Assembly (NCBI RefSeq): GCF_963921235.1 | Contig: NC_086097.1 | Coordinates: forward strand, 90,398,001 to 90,462,000 | Source of the DNA: Mobula hypostoma | Lineage: Eukaryota | Reading direction: 5' to 3' | Length of the DNA stretch: 64,000 nt | In this document: positions 51,301-62,324 of the stretch, piece by piece | How positions within the stretch are numbered: position 1 is the stretch's first letter | Layout of the letters: each line of letters starts with the position of its first letter | Notes under the pieces: model-generated | Database searches by the model: none | What the model saw: only the letters and a program-made list of their open reading frames with translations | What the model was told of the DNA's origin: nothing | Translations under genes and position numbers: made by a program

Positions 51301-52729
51301 TAAAAAGACACCTGCATTGGATATGAGCAGGTGCAAGAGCTACTCAATGGAGTCTTTGCAGAAGAAGAAGGATGCCAGCTCCAATGCAACCTCCTCCGAC
51401 TCTGGGGCATCTTCCTCCTTCAGTGGAGACACCTGTAAGGGCAGGAGCCGTTGGCTGAAGGAAAGCCCCAGAGGAAGAGAGCTGACTGGGATACCATCTG
51501 CCATCGGGAAGAGCCTCAGCCTTGGCGACCTGTCCCAGTCGCCGCAGACGGCCAAGAAGGTGGCCAAGCTGGCGAAGGAGGTGAAGAGGGGTGGACATGG
51601 AGAAGTGTCGGAGAGGGACAGGAAGATAGCTGCTCTCATGCTGGCCAGGCACCAGGAGGAGGCGCTGATGAGCAGCCAGAGCTACCGGGCTCACGTGGAG
51701 TGGGAGACGCACAGGATGAGGGAGGCCACGCGGAGGGAGGTCGAGGAGAGGGAGAGGCAGCGGGCCCTGCTGCAGTGCCGCAAGATGTGGGAGTCCAGGC
51801 TGGAGGCGCGCAGAGCCAAGATGAGCCAGGAGCAGAAGGAGGTAGCCCTGCTGAAGGAGCACCAGTCCATGCTGCAGGAGGAGAAGTGGAAGTTGCTGGC
51901 AGACAGCCAGGAGCAACAGCGGAGAGGCAGGCTAGAGAATGCCAAGCTGGAGGCTCAGGAGAGGAAGATGCACCAGCAAGAGCAGCTCAGGACCAAGGAG
52001 GTGGAGGTGAAGATGGACCTTGAGTTCAAAGACCAGCTGCTTCACCAGAAGTTAACCCTGGCCAAGCAGAAGAAGGCCGAGAGGGAGGAGAAGTTGCTGC
52101 GCGAGAGGAAGCTGGCCAACATGGTGGAGAAACTGAAGCATGAGGCGGCCTTGAAGGAGATCACCAAGGAGATGGAAATGGAGAGGAAGATGCTGAAGAA
52201 GTCCCTGGAGCGAAAGCTGGCCAAGTCTCAGGAAAACTACGAGCAGCTGATGGAAAAGAGGAACCGGGAGCTGAAGGAGAGGGCCAGCCGGGAGGAACTG
52301 CAGATGCAACGGGCACGGATAGCGTTGGAACAGCACGAGAAGGAGCACAGGGAGCACCTGAAGAGCCTGGCCCGAGCCACGGAGAGGAAACTGCAGCACG
52401 CCACGCAGGTGGCTCAGGAGAAGATCAACCAGATATCTCGCAAGGCTGTGCAAAGCAGGACAGAGAAGGAGAGAATCCACAGACTGAACAAGCTGAAGGT
52501 GGAGGAGGACGAGGAGTACAAGAGGAGGGAAATACAGCATTCAATAGCCAAGAAGTCGGAGAAAAGCGAGAGGATCTTCAGAGAGAGACAGATTGCGCTG
52601 GAGAACTCTCGCTCGCTGGCCAGAGCCTCCTTTCAAATCCGGGATAAGGTGCGGGTGGAAATAAACACAAGGACCTTTGACAAGATGGCACTGGAAGCAG
52701 AACTACATGCCCACCTGGACAGAAAGTAG
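50855..52729 (+). CDS. CCDC177: Coiled-coil domain-containing protein 177 (624 aa, uninterrupted ORF)
   Basis: N-terminus MVDP and block [8 protein letters not shown].NF...[40 protein letters not shown].ERR match vertebrate CCDC177 as recalled; [21 protein letters not shown], long E/K/R/Q coiled coil, C-terminal [11 protein letters not shown]; strong Kozak AGGATGG; high GC3. Confidence 0.95.
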   Translation: [624 protein letters not shown]

Positions 52730-55227
52730 GCTGGGCACGTCCCCCTTGTGGACTCTTGAGAACTAATCCAATCAATGCCTTTTTTTTAAAAAACTGCTTA
52801 TATTCCAGGAGATCCATTGAGCTGTGTGGTGTACGTAGTGCATAATGTTTGATGTTGTACAGAGCACAACAGAATTTGATTAATTGAGTAAATGGTTGCT
52901 TTAATTAACACTTTCCTTTAACAGGTCGTAACTGATTCAACATTTTCTTGGTAACTTTGGCAAGTGCAGATAAACTTGTGTTCTTTTCAAGGGCAATAAC
53001 CATTGTATCAGACTTTTAAGTATGGAAGGGATTTTTGTTATTGTACACAATATGGACAAGATCCCTTCTGAAAGGACCAACTTACACAGCATGGCTGCTG
53101 TAAATCTTTTTTAGATCCATAACTACTGCTTAAACACTGGATTGTCATTATCTTCGGCATTAACTGTTTCATTCATACTCCAGAGATGCAGGAGAATCCT
53201 TAACCAATCTGTTTACATCGATTTTGATCGAGCAAAGTGAGTGCACAAATTTTGATGATTTTAATTTAGGGTGAAAGGATGTTTTAAGTGAAAATGGATC
53301 ATGACAGGATTGGATCCATTGCATGAATAGATGAGAAGTGGTCACTGAAGTAAACTCAGGTACTGGGAAGGGGGAATGACTGGGAGGTAAATTCTGCAGC
53401 AATTGGGAATTCTGATGTTACATCTCAGGAATGGATTTGTAAATCAGACCTGAGAGAAAGATTTTAGCTTTCCCTCAGGTTCAGTCTCCTTTTTCAAATG
53501 AATATGGTGGCCTTTGTCCCATTAGCATTGCAGATATGATTGCTTCATATTAATTGTGCTTATCTGAATTCTCCCCATGCACCCAGGTGAGGAGAATTCC
53601 TTTGATAATTTTTCGACGATTTGGGATGATTACACTTGTGAAGATGCAGTCCTTGTGAAGAATCTGTGGCTATGGTGTCACTGGAGGGACAACAAGCATG
53701 AAGGGCAAGGGAGGGGCCCATGTGATGATGTGGAGTCACACAAGTGTACAATAATTATATATTTACCATTAATATATAGATATGGAACTGATTACCCTCT
53801 GTTAAACCTTAAGCAATGGGCAGTGGGTAAATCAGAGTTTTCTTTCTGGAATTCAAAAGTTTAGTGTAGTAACTGTAAAAATACGGGGGCAGCAATTGAG
53901 TGAAGGGTTTATATCTCAGTTTGAGACACTGAGTTCAATTTCAAAATTTTGCAATTAGTTTAAATCAAGAATGAACCTGGAGTAGTTAGATTGTTGTTGA
54001 AATCCTACAGGAAGCTTGCTTAAGTATCTGACTCTGGCCTGAGTTAAAATATAATTGCCCCCTAAGCTGGCCTAGAAAAGTAGTGTGATGTGTAGACAAT
54101 CGAGCAATCCAAACCATAGCCAAATAAACCCACGTCCTTGGTTCCTCCTCTTTCTTCAACCAAATAATCCTACTTATACATAAGAAATCACATCAAGAAA
54201 AGATTAGGAATATTGAATTCTTTTTAACCAAATTTAGTGTTGTGGGCATTCATACCCCGTATATAAATGCCATTGTAACTGGAGAGAGAGGGGGAGAGAG
54301 AGAGACTGACTCCTCGTCTGCGATTTGATTGATATTGTAGTCACATGACAATGTCTGTACTGTTTTTCTCTGGTGCTTTGCTAAGGTCCAGTCTGTTACT
54401 GGTTGTGAAGTGTGATTTGTGTCAGCTTCAGACATTGATGATGCAGGATTGGCGGCATCTGCCCTTCTGTGCATTTGACCTTCGGTTCTCTGTCTGGTCA
54501 TGAGTAATAGTACTGGTGATTTCCCTGGCTGCCTGAATACTTTCATGTTGTGTATCTCTGCATAGTCTGTTTATTTCAATCTTACAACTGTCATTGCCTC
54601 TGTTTCCTTAACGTGATTTTCTTGTATATTCTCCAGTCTTGAAATACATACTTGTGGCTGACCTTCATCAGCAATAACAGCATTTCATTTACATCAGAGA
54701 ATCTTACCATCTTCACCTCTCACCCATACAGCTCCCAACTTTAAAACCTCTCTCCCTTCAAACACTGAATCGCACCACCATTCAATCCCGGCCCATCAAT
54801 CTAACCAAAGCCCTGTTATTTTTTTTCAACACTATTGCATCTCAACCCACTGCGTTAATGCTTCCCTGCATTGATCTCATCCCTTCTTAGCTTATAGTGA
54901 GCCACTAATTATATGAGCCTCAAACAGCCCAAGTCACTTCTTCTATCCAGGGCTCCGTACCACTCTAACTAATGTACCATTCACAAACTGTAGAGAGATA
55001 TTGGAAAGGAAATCTATTTCCCAGATGCTGAAGAATAAATATTGGCCAGTAGGGTTAGCCTGTTTTTTTTTAAAGTAACTTGTGGCATTGATATGGATTA
55101 TTATTGTCACATGCACCGAGATGTAGTGAGAAGTCTTTTTGTTTCTAAGCCTTCTAGTCAAATCACACCATACATAGGCTAGTACAAAGAAAAGAGAATT
55201 CAGAATATACAGTGGTGTTGTCGCTAG

Positions 55228-55550
55228 AGGAAGTGTAGCTGATAGAGCTGCTCCCTTACAGTTTCGGTGACCTGGGTTCAGCTGTGACCTCTGATGCTTT
55301 CTGTGTGGGATTTGCATGTTTTCTCTGTGCCTGTTTGGGTTTGATCCAGATGCTCTGAAGTCATGCGAGTTGATAGTTAGATTGGCCTCTCTAACTCAGT
55401 GCTGGTGTGTGGGTGAGTGATCGAATCTGGGGGCTGTTGGGTGTTGGGGGTGTAGTGGAAGTAGGATACAGGGAAAATTAGCAGGGAGTGGGATCACTCT
55501 GTTAGCCAACATTGACTAGAGGGCCAAAGTGGCCTCCTTCTGTGTCATAA
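55228..55550 (+). mobile_element. V-SINE (HE1-like)
   Basis: agctgatagagctgctcccttacag..gacctgggttca..tgtgtgggatttgcatgttttctctgtg. Confidence 0.75.
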
Positions 55551-55959
55551 GGACACATAGTATACAGCAGCAGTCCTTTGTACTACAGTATGAGGATAAC
55601 ATGCTCAAATTGCTGGATTGAGATATAAACCTACCCTATACCACAGAACTAAAAGTACAAATAATGACCCGTGATCTTTTGGAGTCCCAGAGATATTAAT
55701 AACCCACATAAAGGTCTGTGTGGAGTCAGGTCAAAAATACGTGAATCAGAGAGCAGGGTACCTTCCTTATTTCTTCTGTTTCTACTTTGCACTCGTTGAG
55801 TACTGGTCACCTTGCTTTGGGCTTTTCAATAAAAGGGTTAACACAGCCCTGGGTGTTGTTCTAGATGATTAGTAATGGAAAGCAGTGATGTGCAAGTGTG
55901 TCGAACTTGGTTAGGGCAGGCTTTGTGCCCAAGTTTGATCTCACAAAATAGTGTAGGAC

Positions 55960-56285
55960 AGTCACAAATAGGGGAGAGGTTTAATAGGGGCACGAGGGGG
56001 TTTTCAGTATATAGAATGAATCAGCAGAGAAATGGTTGAGGCTGGTGCTTTAACAGTATTTAAATGTACCTGGACGGGTACATGGATGAGAAAGGTTTAG
56101 AGTGGGGTTCTCAACCTGACCCTGTGCTTAATGGTATTGGTCCACGGCATTAAAAAGGTTGGGAATCCCTGGTTTAGAGGGAAGTGGGCCAAAAGTGAGC
56201 TACTCGGACTAGCTTAGATGGCAATATTTGGTCAGCATGGTCCAGCTGGGCCAAGGGGCCTTTTTACGTGTTGAATGACTATAGT
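55960..56285 (+). mobile_element. CR1 3' UTR fragment containing a hAT MITE
   Basis: ggggagaggtttaatagg..tggacgggtacatggat..ggtcagcatgg..gggccaagggg. Confidence 0.7.
56103..56171. mobile_element. 69-bp hAT (Charlie-like) MITE with 8-bp TSD
   Basis: TSD GTTTAGAG at 56095-56102 and 56172-56179; TIR-like ends ggggttctcaacc / ggttgggaatccctg. Confidence 0.85.
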
Positions 56286-57344
56286 TTTTGGTTTCATGCA
56301 AAAAAAACATTTACAAGGATATTATGAGGGGAAAGGCTAGCACACTCTTCACTGGTAAATACGATTGTTTAAAAAGGATTCAGCGTTGTGAAAGGGTTTG
56401 AAAGAGCAGGTGAGTCAGGTTATGCACAGTCCAGCTTGCTCTCTGTACTCCCCTTTTGTAAGTGCAGTAGACATCTGCAGCCTCGCTGCTGCCACTTTCG
56501 CAGTTGCAACCCCACTGCAAGGCAGAACAGTCTGCGAGCTGCAACTGAGCCACAGGCCATAGAGGCGTAGGCCTAGCCAGCAGATTGCTGGGAAGGGCCT
56601 CGGACAACTTGAGCAGATAAAAGCCTTCTCCACCATTTTCTAAATGTCCCAGATCATCAGTCATTGAAAGGTGTTTAAAAATAAAAATTAAACCAGTGAA
56701 ATGGTCATTAAATTAAATTAATAATAATATTAATTACAGTAAAGTCTAAAAATAAATTAGCTTTCCTTTTCTGAGGAAGGTCTACAATGCATTTGCATTA
56801 GTAGGCTATTGCAAGATGGATCAGCAGTGGCTGGTGAGAAACTGAGGGGCCAGATGTGAAGTGTATGTGATTTATCCCTCCCCCCCCCCCACCCCCAGCC
56901 TAATGCCTACAAGGGCAAGGCAAGAGGTCAGATGTGGGTGCATGCTAAGCATATTGTATGTACAGTACAAGCATGGAAATCTGGTGTAAGCTGATGTGCT
57001 CAGTGCAATCAGCCACTGATTCGTTACAGGCTTGTACTCAGAAAATTTAACCCCACATTACCCCTTGTTGTAAAGTGGATAAAGACAAGGTTGCCGCTGA
57101 TAAATCCAGGAAGGATTTGTATGAGAAACCTGGACTTAGTGGAACCATAAGAAGGGTTTAGGTGAGTTGTGTAGACGTAGTACACTAAAGCTGGAGAAGG
57201 ACATGACAGAATAAGGATTGGAGGGTGAATGTGCAATGAAGCAGGATGGGAAGAGCTTATGTGGTGTACACGTACACACACTGTGAGAGCACAGTTGGAA
57301 TGAATGGATTGTCATTCTCATATAATTCTATGCTTTGTGCTTAG

Positions 57345-57482
57345 AAAACAACTTCTGTAGAAAAATTTGCCAAGAACAATCATGGTCAACCATGATTGCC
57401 TATGTCATATGATGTGGCACAATGATGATGTCATATGACACGGTACATAATGATGATGTCGTATGATATGGCACAAAATGAT
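57345..57482 (+). mobile_element. RTE-type SINE 3' fragment with tail unit repeated three times
   Basis: aaaaatttgccaagaacaatcatggtc followed by three copies of atgtc(a/g)tatga..gg(c/t)aca..aatgatg. Confidence 0.7.
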
Positions 57483-57958
57483 GGCTGCTTAGGGTCGGAC
57501 AATCTGCTTCTTGCATTTTGACAAAGCTTCTTGCCTGAATTTCTTGGAGAAAGCTTCAGACAAGGCAGACGAGGTTGGCATTGAGGTTGGAGCTGTGGAG
57601 AGGAGTAATTGGGGCCCTGTGGTCTCCAGAGGAGAATGTGGTGTTTAGTGCATTCTGAGGTCCCTGAAACATATTAGAGCTGGCCAGCTTCTCAGGCACA
57701 CTCAGATACACAGGGTAGTCTTTAGATTTCTTGAGCATCTAGAAAGAAAACCTTTTTTAGTAATATATCAACGTCCATGACATCTTGTTGGGAAGTACTT
57801 TATATTAAATTTGATGAAGATACTCCCATTTTCTTGAATGAGTTGTACTCTAATGAGTTCGATTTGATACCATTCAGCCTTTTGATTGTTTGCCCGCCTA
57901 CTGCCTGTCATTCTCCCTTCCAGTATGTTGCAAAGAGTGCAAAATGATATGTCTAAGC

Positions 57959-58026
57959 CAAAGGTTCCCATGGACTCCCTGGTTAATGGTAGGGGTCCAT
58001 GGCATAAAAAAGGCTGGGAACCCCTG
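57959..58026. mobile_element. 68-bp hAT MITE with perfect 8-bp TSD
   Basis: TSD GTCTAAGC at 57951-57958 and 58027-58034; right TIR gggaacccctg. Confidence 0.88.
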
Positions 58027-58034
58027 GTCTAAGC

Positions 58035-58345
58035 TGCTGCAACAGCACCTACTAAATCTATTAATAAGAATGACGAAAGAGCATTGGGGCCATGGCTTAA
58101 CACCAGCTCCAGGTTCCACTCCAATTCACACAACGTCCTGACCAGGAGATGTCTGGCTGATCTTTCACAGTCAGTGGGTTTAAACTCCACAACTCCCTGC
58201 CTGGCAGCACTGTGGGAGTTCCTTCACTGGAAGTACTGCTGTCGTTCAAGAAGGCAGTTCACCACCACCACCTTCTTAAGCACAACGGGCATGGGCAGTA
58301 AATGCTGTATTTACCAGCAGTGCCCACATCCTAAAACAAAAAAAA
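58035..58345 (+). mobile_element. Ancient CR1-clade LINE 3' end
   Basis: aactccctgcctggcagcactgtggg..gttcaagaaggcagttcaccaccac..gggcagtaaatgctg..gcccacatcc followed by an A-rich run. Confidence 0.55.
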
Positions 58346-58429
58346 ACAGCATGCAGTTGCTCTTGTAATGAAGGAAATGTAACAGGAAATGTGGTGAAAA
58401 ATATGATCTAACAAAGAGTACTGGAATGC

Positions 58430-58935
58430 TCCTGTACCTAATAAAGTGGCCACTGAGTGTATGTTCGTGGTCTTCTGCTGCCAAAGCCCATAATCTTCAT
58501 GACTCAGCATGTAGTTGTTCAGAGATGTTCTTTTGCACACCACGGTTGTAATGTCTGATATTTGAGTTACTGTCGTCTTCCTGTCAGCTTGATCCAGTCT
58601 GGCCATTGTCTTCTGACCTCTCTCATTAACTAGGCGTTTTTGCTCAGTAGATTTTGTTTTTTGCACCATTCTCTGTAAACTCTACAGACTGCTGTGTTTG
58701 AAAATCCCAGGAGGTCAGCAGCTTCTAAGATATTCATAGCACCAATAATCATTCCATGGTCAAGGTCACTTAGATCACATTTCTCCATTCTGATGTTTGA
58801 TCTGAACAACAACTGAGCCTCTTGACCATGTCTGCATGCCTTTATGCATTGAGTTGCTGCCATATGATTGGCTGATTGGATATTTACATTAACGCACAGA
58901 TGGACAGGTGTATCTAATAAAGTGGCCACCGCGTG
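58430..58935 (-). mobile_element. Non-autonomous Tc1-family DNA transposon
   Basis: TIR-type sequence CACTCAGTGGCCACTTTATTAGGTACA (minus) at both 58434-58459 and 58909-58935; transposase HTH remnant KCDLSDLDHGMIIGA..EAADLLGFSNTAVCRVYREW. Confidence 0.85.
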
Positions 58936-60479
58936 CAAGTGACCAGGTCATCTGTTCCCTAGATGGGTTTAAATATTGCCAGATTTCTTATCCAGGTACT
59001 TCTTCAGAATATTTCCAGTCTAAGAGAAGAAGAGATTTTAGTCCACGTCGTACTCTTGGTTACTTGGTAGATGTAACAAAAATTATTTTAAAGTTTATTC
59101 TGTGTCCTTTTCTGATTCAGCTCAGTATTTGCATATCTATTCATAAACAGGGAGGCACTGCACCTGTGTTAAACGACGAGAAATCACTTTATTAGAACTG
59201 GCAGACATGCAATACTGAAAGAAAACAGTAGTAGGAGTACAAAAATCAAAATAATACTTATGATCCACTAAACAAGCTGATCTGTGGAATGCCAACGAAC
59301 TTTCATCTCTCACTCTTGGCATACTCGTCCCCATGTTCTCCAACTCTTCACTAGCCTACCTGATATGTAGCATAAGGCAAAGCTCTCCCCACACCAATAA
59401 AAGTGCCCCATTTTTGTACCCTTCAAAATCCCTTACACTAGCACTTTCCCATGGGAACACATAGTTATCTCACCTTTCCCAGGCAGACATGTCTTTCACT
59501 ATTATCCCCTATTATGGCTGTAGACTTGTGCTCCCTTAATTTTCTCAAAACATTGCTAAGGACTGGTTCTCTTCTACTTTCTCAAAACAGTTTCACTCCA
59601 AGCTAATGCCATTTTGTCTCACAGACGTGTATTTTTTTATTTTAACATATAGCAAGGAGGAACCCCATTTAACCCTTTCTTATAGTAGACATCATCACTG
59701 ATAGTGCTGTTCTTCAATCTGCACTGTACTGAGTGAGCCTCATCCGGGGTGTGTCCTCAAGCCTCTGGAATATCTTTTGCTGAGCCAGCAACTCCGCCCA
59801 TGGGGTCTGAGATGTGGGCTGTCAGTTCACGTGATCCAGCTCCCGGTATTTGAATACATCTTAAAGTGTGCTCCAGCTGAGATGAGGTGTTGGGTGCGGG
59901 ATGGGAGACTTGAAGTGAAGGTGGCTGTGGAATGGGACAGCCACTGCAAGAAGCCTCAACATTACCAGGTTAGTGATGGCATGGCCAGAAGTGCTCCCAC
60001 CCTTCTGATACATTTCGGAAAATATACCTTTGATTGGGGTGAATGGTTTGTGTGAGGGGTGGGGAGCGGTCCAGGATTGGGGCAGTTGAAAAGTCTAGCG
60101 TTCTCTGCCTCACAACAGCTGAAGGCAGGTACATTGATAATTTAAAGGACATGATGATGTAGGAGCAATGGGAAGCACTTCAAAATATTTTTTTCCCTCT
60201 CAACAGGATCAAAAAGCGAAACTAAAGTGATTTAGCTAAAGTAGTTTAAGCAAAACAGCTTCCAGTGCAGCACAGTTTAAGAAAGCTTGGGATCTGTGAT
60301 TTCCAAAAATGAGCAAAATGTCCTAGGAATTATATACAGTGTACAGAGGGGATAAAATAGCAACAAATGGAAAGCAATAAATTGTGAGACCTTTTATTCT
60401 TGTTCCATGTGAACTTCTCTGTTGTTGAGGATGTGTTGCTGACCCTTGAGGGTTATCCTGGATTTTCCGGGGGACACGG

Positions 60480-60667
60480 GAGACTGCAGGCGCTGGAATC
60501 TGAAGCAACACTCCAAAAGCTGGAGGAACTCAGCAGGTCAGGTGGCGTCTATGGAAGGATTGAGGCATTTCGGATTGAAAACCTTTAAGAGTATTTGACC
60601 CAAACGTTGACTTTCCATTTTGCTCCATAGAAGCTGCTTAACCAGTTGAGTTCCTCTAGGAGTTTGG
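60480..60667. mobile_element. Older Penelope-derived fold-back mini-element
   Basis: ctggaggaactcagcaggtca..ctatgga / tccatagaagctgc..tgagttcctctagg. Confidence 0.65.
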
Positions 60668-60755
60668 GAAACTGAAGACTAATCCTTATAGACAATTCTG
60701 TGAGAAACCTAGAAAAATATCAATTGAGATTTAAAATGGGCACAAATACTATCAT

Positions 60756-60908
60756 AAACAAGAGAAATCTGTAGATGCTGGAAATCTGAGCAACACACAA
60801 AATGCTGGAGGAACTCAGCAGGCCAGGCAGCATCTAGGAAATGTCAACTACTCTTTTCCTAGATGCTGCCTGGCTTGCTGAGTTCCTCCAGCACTTCGTG
60901 TGTGTTGC
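60756..60908. mobile_element. Penelope-derived ~120-nt hairpin mini-element with TSD
   Basis: Arms 60790-60841 and ~60856-60908; flanked by gcacaaatactatcat (60740-60755) and gcacaaatgttatcat (60907-60922). Confidence 0.82.
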
Positions 60909-62324
60909 ACAAATGTTATCATGTAGGCCAGCATATTTATGTGCTGTGATGGAATTTAATCCAAATTTCTGACAACAAAAACAGCCCAAGAACTCAGCGT
61001 GCCTGTCGCACTTTCCAGAAGTACCATCGATAGCCTTGTATGTGGGGAGCCCGATGCAGTGAAGCCAGTTGATGTCAATCTGTAATTTTCTGATAGGAAT
61101 ACATGTTTTGTAAATGGGCAGGTCTTCACTGCAGGGTGTGGCCTTGCCAGCAGAGAGAAGGGCTTGATTAAGGGACCCGTCTCTTCTTCAGCCACTGCCC
61201 TGAGGCACATTAAAGGTGGAGACCCCCGGCATAATGCCGCAGTCACCCCTCATGAGTTTCAGTTGTCTTCCCTGGGATGCCTGACTAGACTCAGCCACTC
61301 CAGCAGTGCATGCTGGAACATGTTGAAGAACCCGTCGCATGGGTCACCAACCTGGATTGACAACTTGACGACAGATCTATGTTAGAGTAACCATTTGGCT
61401 CCTGGTGGGCAGGCCTGCTGCGGATTTCACATGTTTTTTCTTTTCCCCTGACAGACTGCAGATGGAGCGTGACTTGCTTCTGCTCTGGTGAGGTGTCCGG
61501 TGAGGCAGTGCGAGCTGTAGACTCTCCCACAGACGGGGCAGAAATTGCCTTGTGGAGCGGGTGGATAGTTGATGGGGTGACCCGCCCCCACCGCTCTACG
61601 TGTGGGGTTTCCTTGTGCTGCTGACCAATGGTCTCGAGGCTCTCAATACCCTCCCAAATGCCCCCTCCATCAGAGGTTTCCACAGGGTAGGTGATGATGC
61701 TGCTTTTCTCCATGGAGGCTTTCCTTACCTCCTGTGCTATATCTGCACGTTGCATGCATTGGAATACTGCTCCCCCAAGACCTCAAAGGAAACTGGTGCT
61801 GGCTCCTTGCATAATGCTGATTTCAGTTGTGTCTTTGTGCTTCAAATACTTTCTCGGCTGTATATTTTCTCTGAGTTTATTTGAAAGTTAGAAAAATAAT
61901 TGTGGTGGGAGAAGAGCAGGCTAAGCCAGACCTCCTGGTGGGAGGAGGCTGACATTGAATCCCTCGAGATCACAGTGTGTCCAGTCCACTTTCTGTGGGT
62001 GTGCTGATGTGTCTGTGCTGCTGTGGCTTGCCTTCTGCAGCTGAAAGATTTGCTCGGTGTCTGAGGGAGTGATTGTTCAGGCCTGCCACAGGAGGTACTA
62101 AAGCTGTCCTTTGGTTCTGCTTTGTTAATTCCTTCAAGCTTACATTGTGTGCTCACCTCTGCGCCAAATGGGACTTTTGTTGTGGAAGTTACAGTGTAAT
62201 GGACTGGTGCAGTTAAAAAAAATGCTGTTTTAGGATTGTATTAAATTCTTCCTGTTTTTAAACAAAATCTCTGTGGTATTTATTTCTTCCTCCTCACTCC
62301 GTGTGTACATAAAACATTAGATAC

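Noticed and set aside
51340..52540. Long antisense and alternative-frame ORFs (51344-51916, 51451-52023, 52052-52540)
   Set aside because: Shadows of the GC3-rich, E/K/Q-biased CCDC177 codons; low complexity with no independent support.
53577..53864. 95-aa ORF downstream of CCDC177
   Set aside because: Lies in the probable 3' UTR; no homology recognised.
60790..60908. Hairpin as a pre-miRNA gene
   Set aside because: Arms match Penelope termini and are flanked by a TSD; a TE origin explains it without small-RNA evidence.
61291..61755. 154-aa minus-strand ORF
   Set aside because: No recognisable homology or domain; kept only as part of a low-interest candidate-exon finding.
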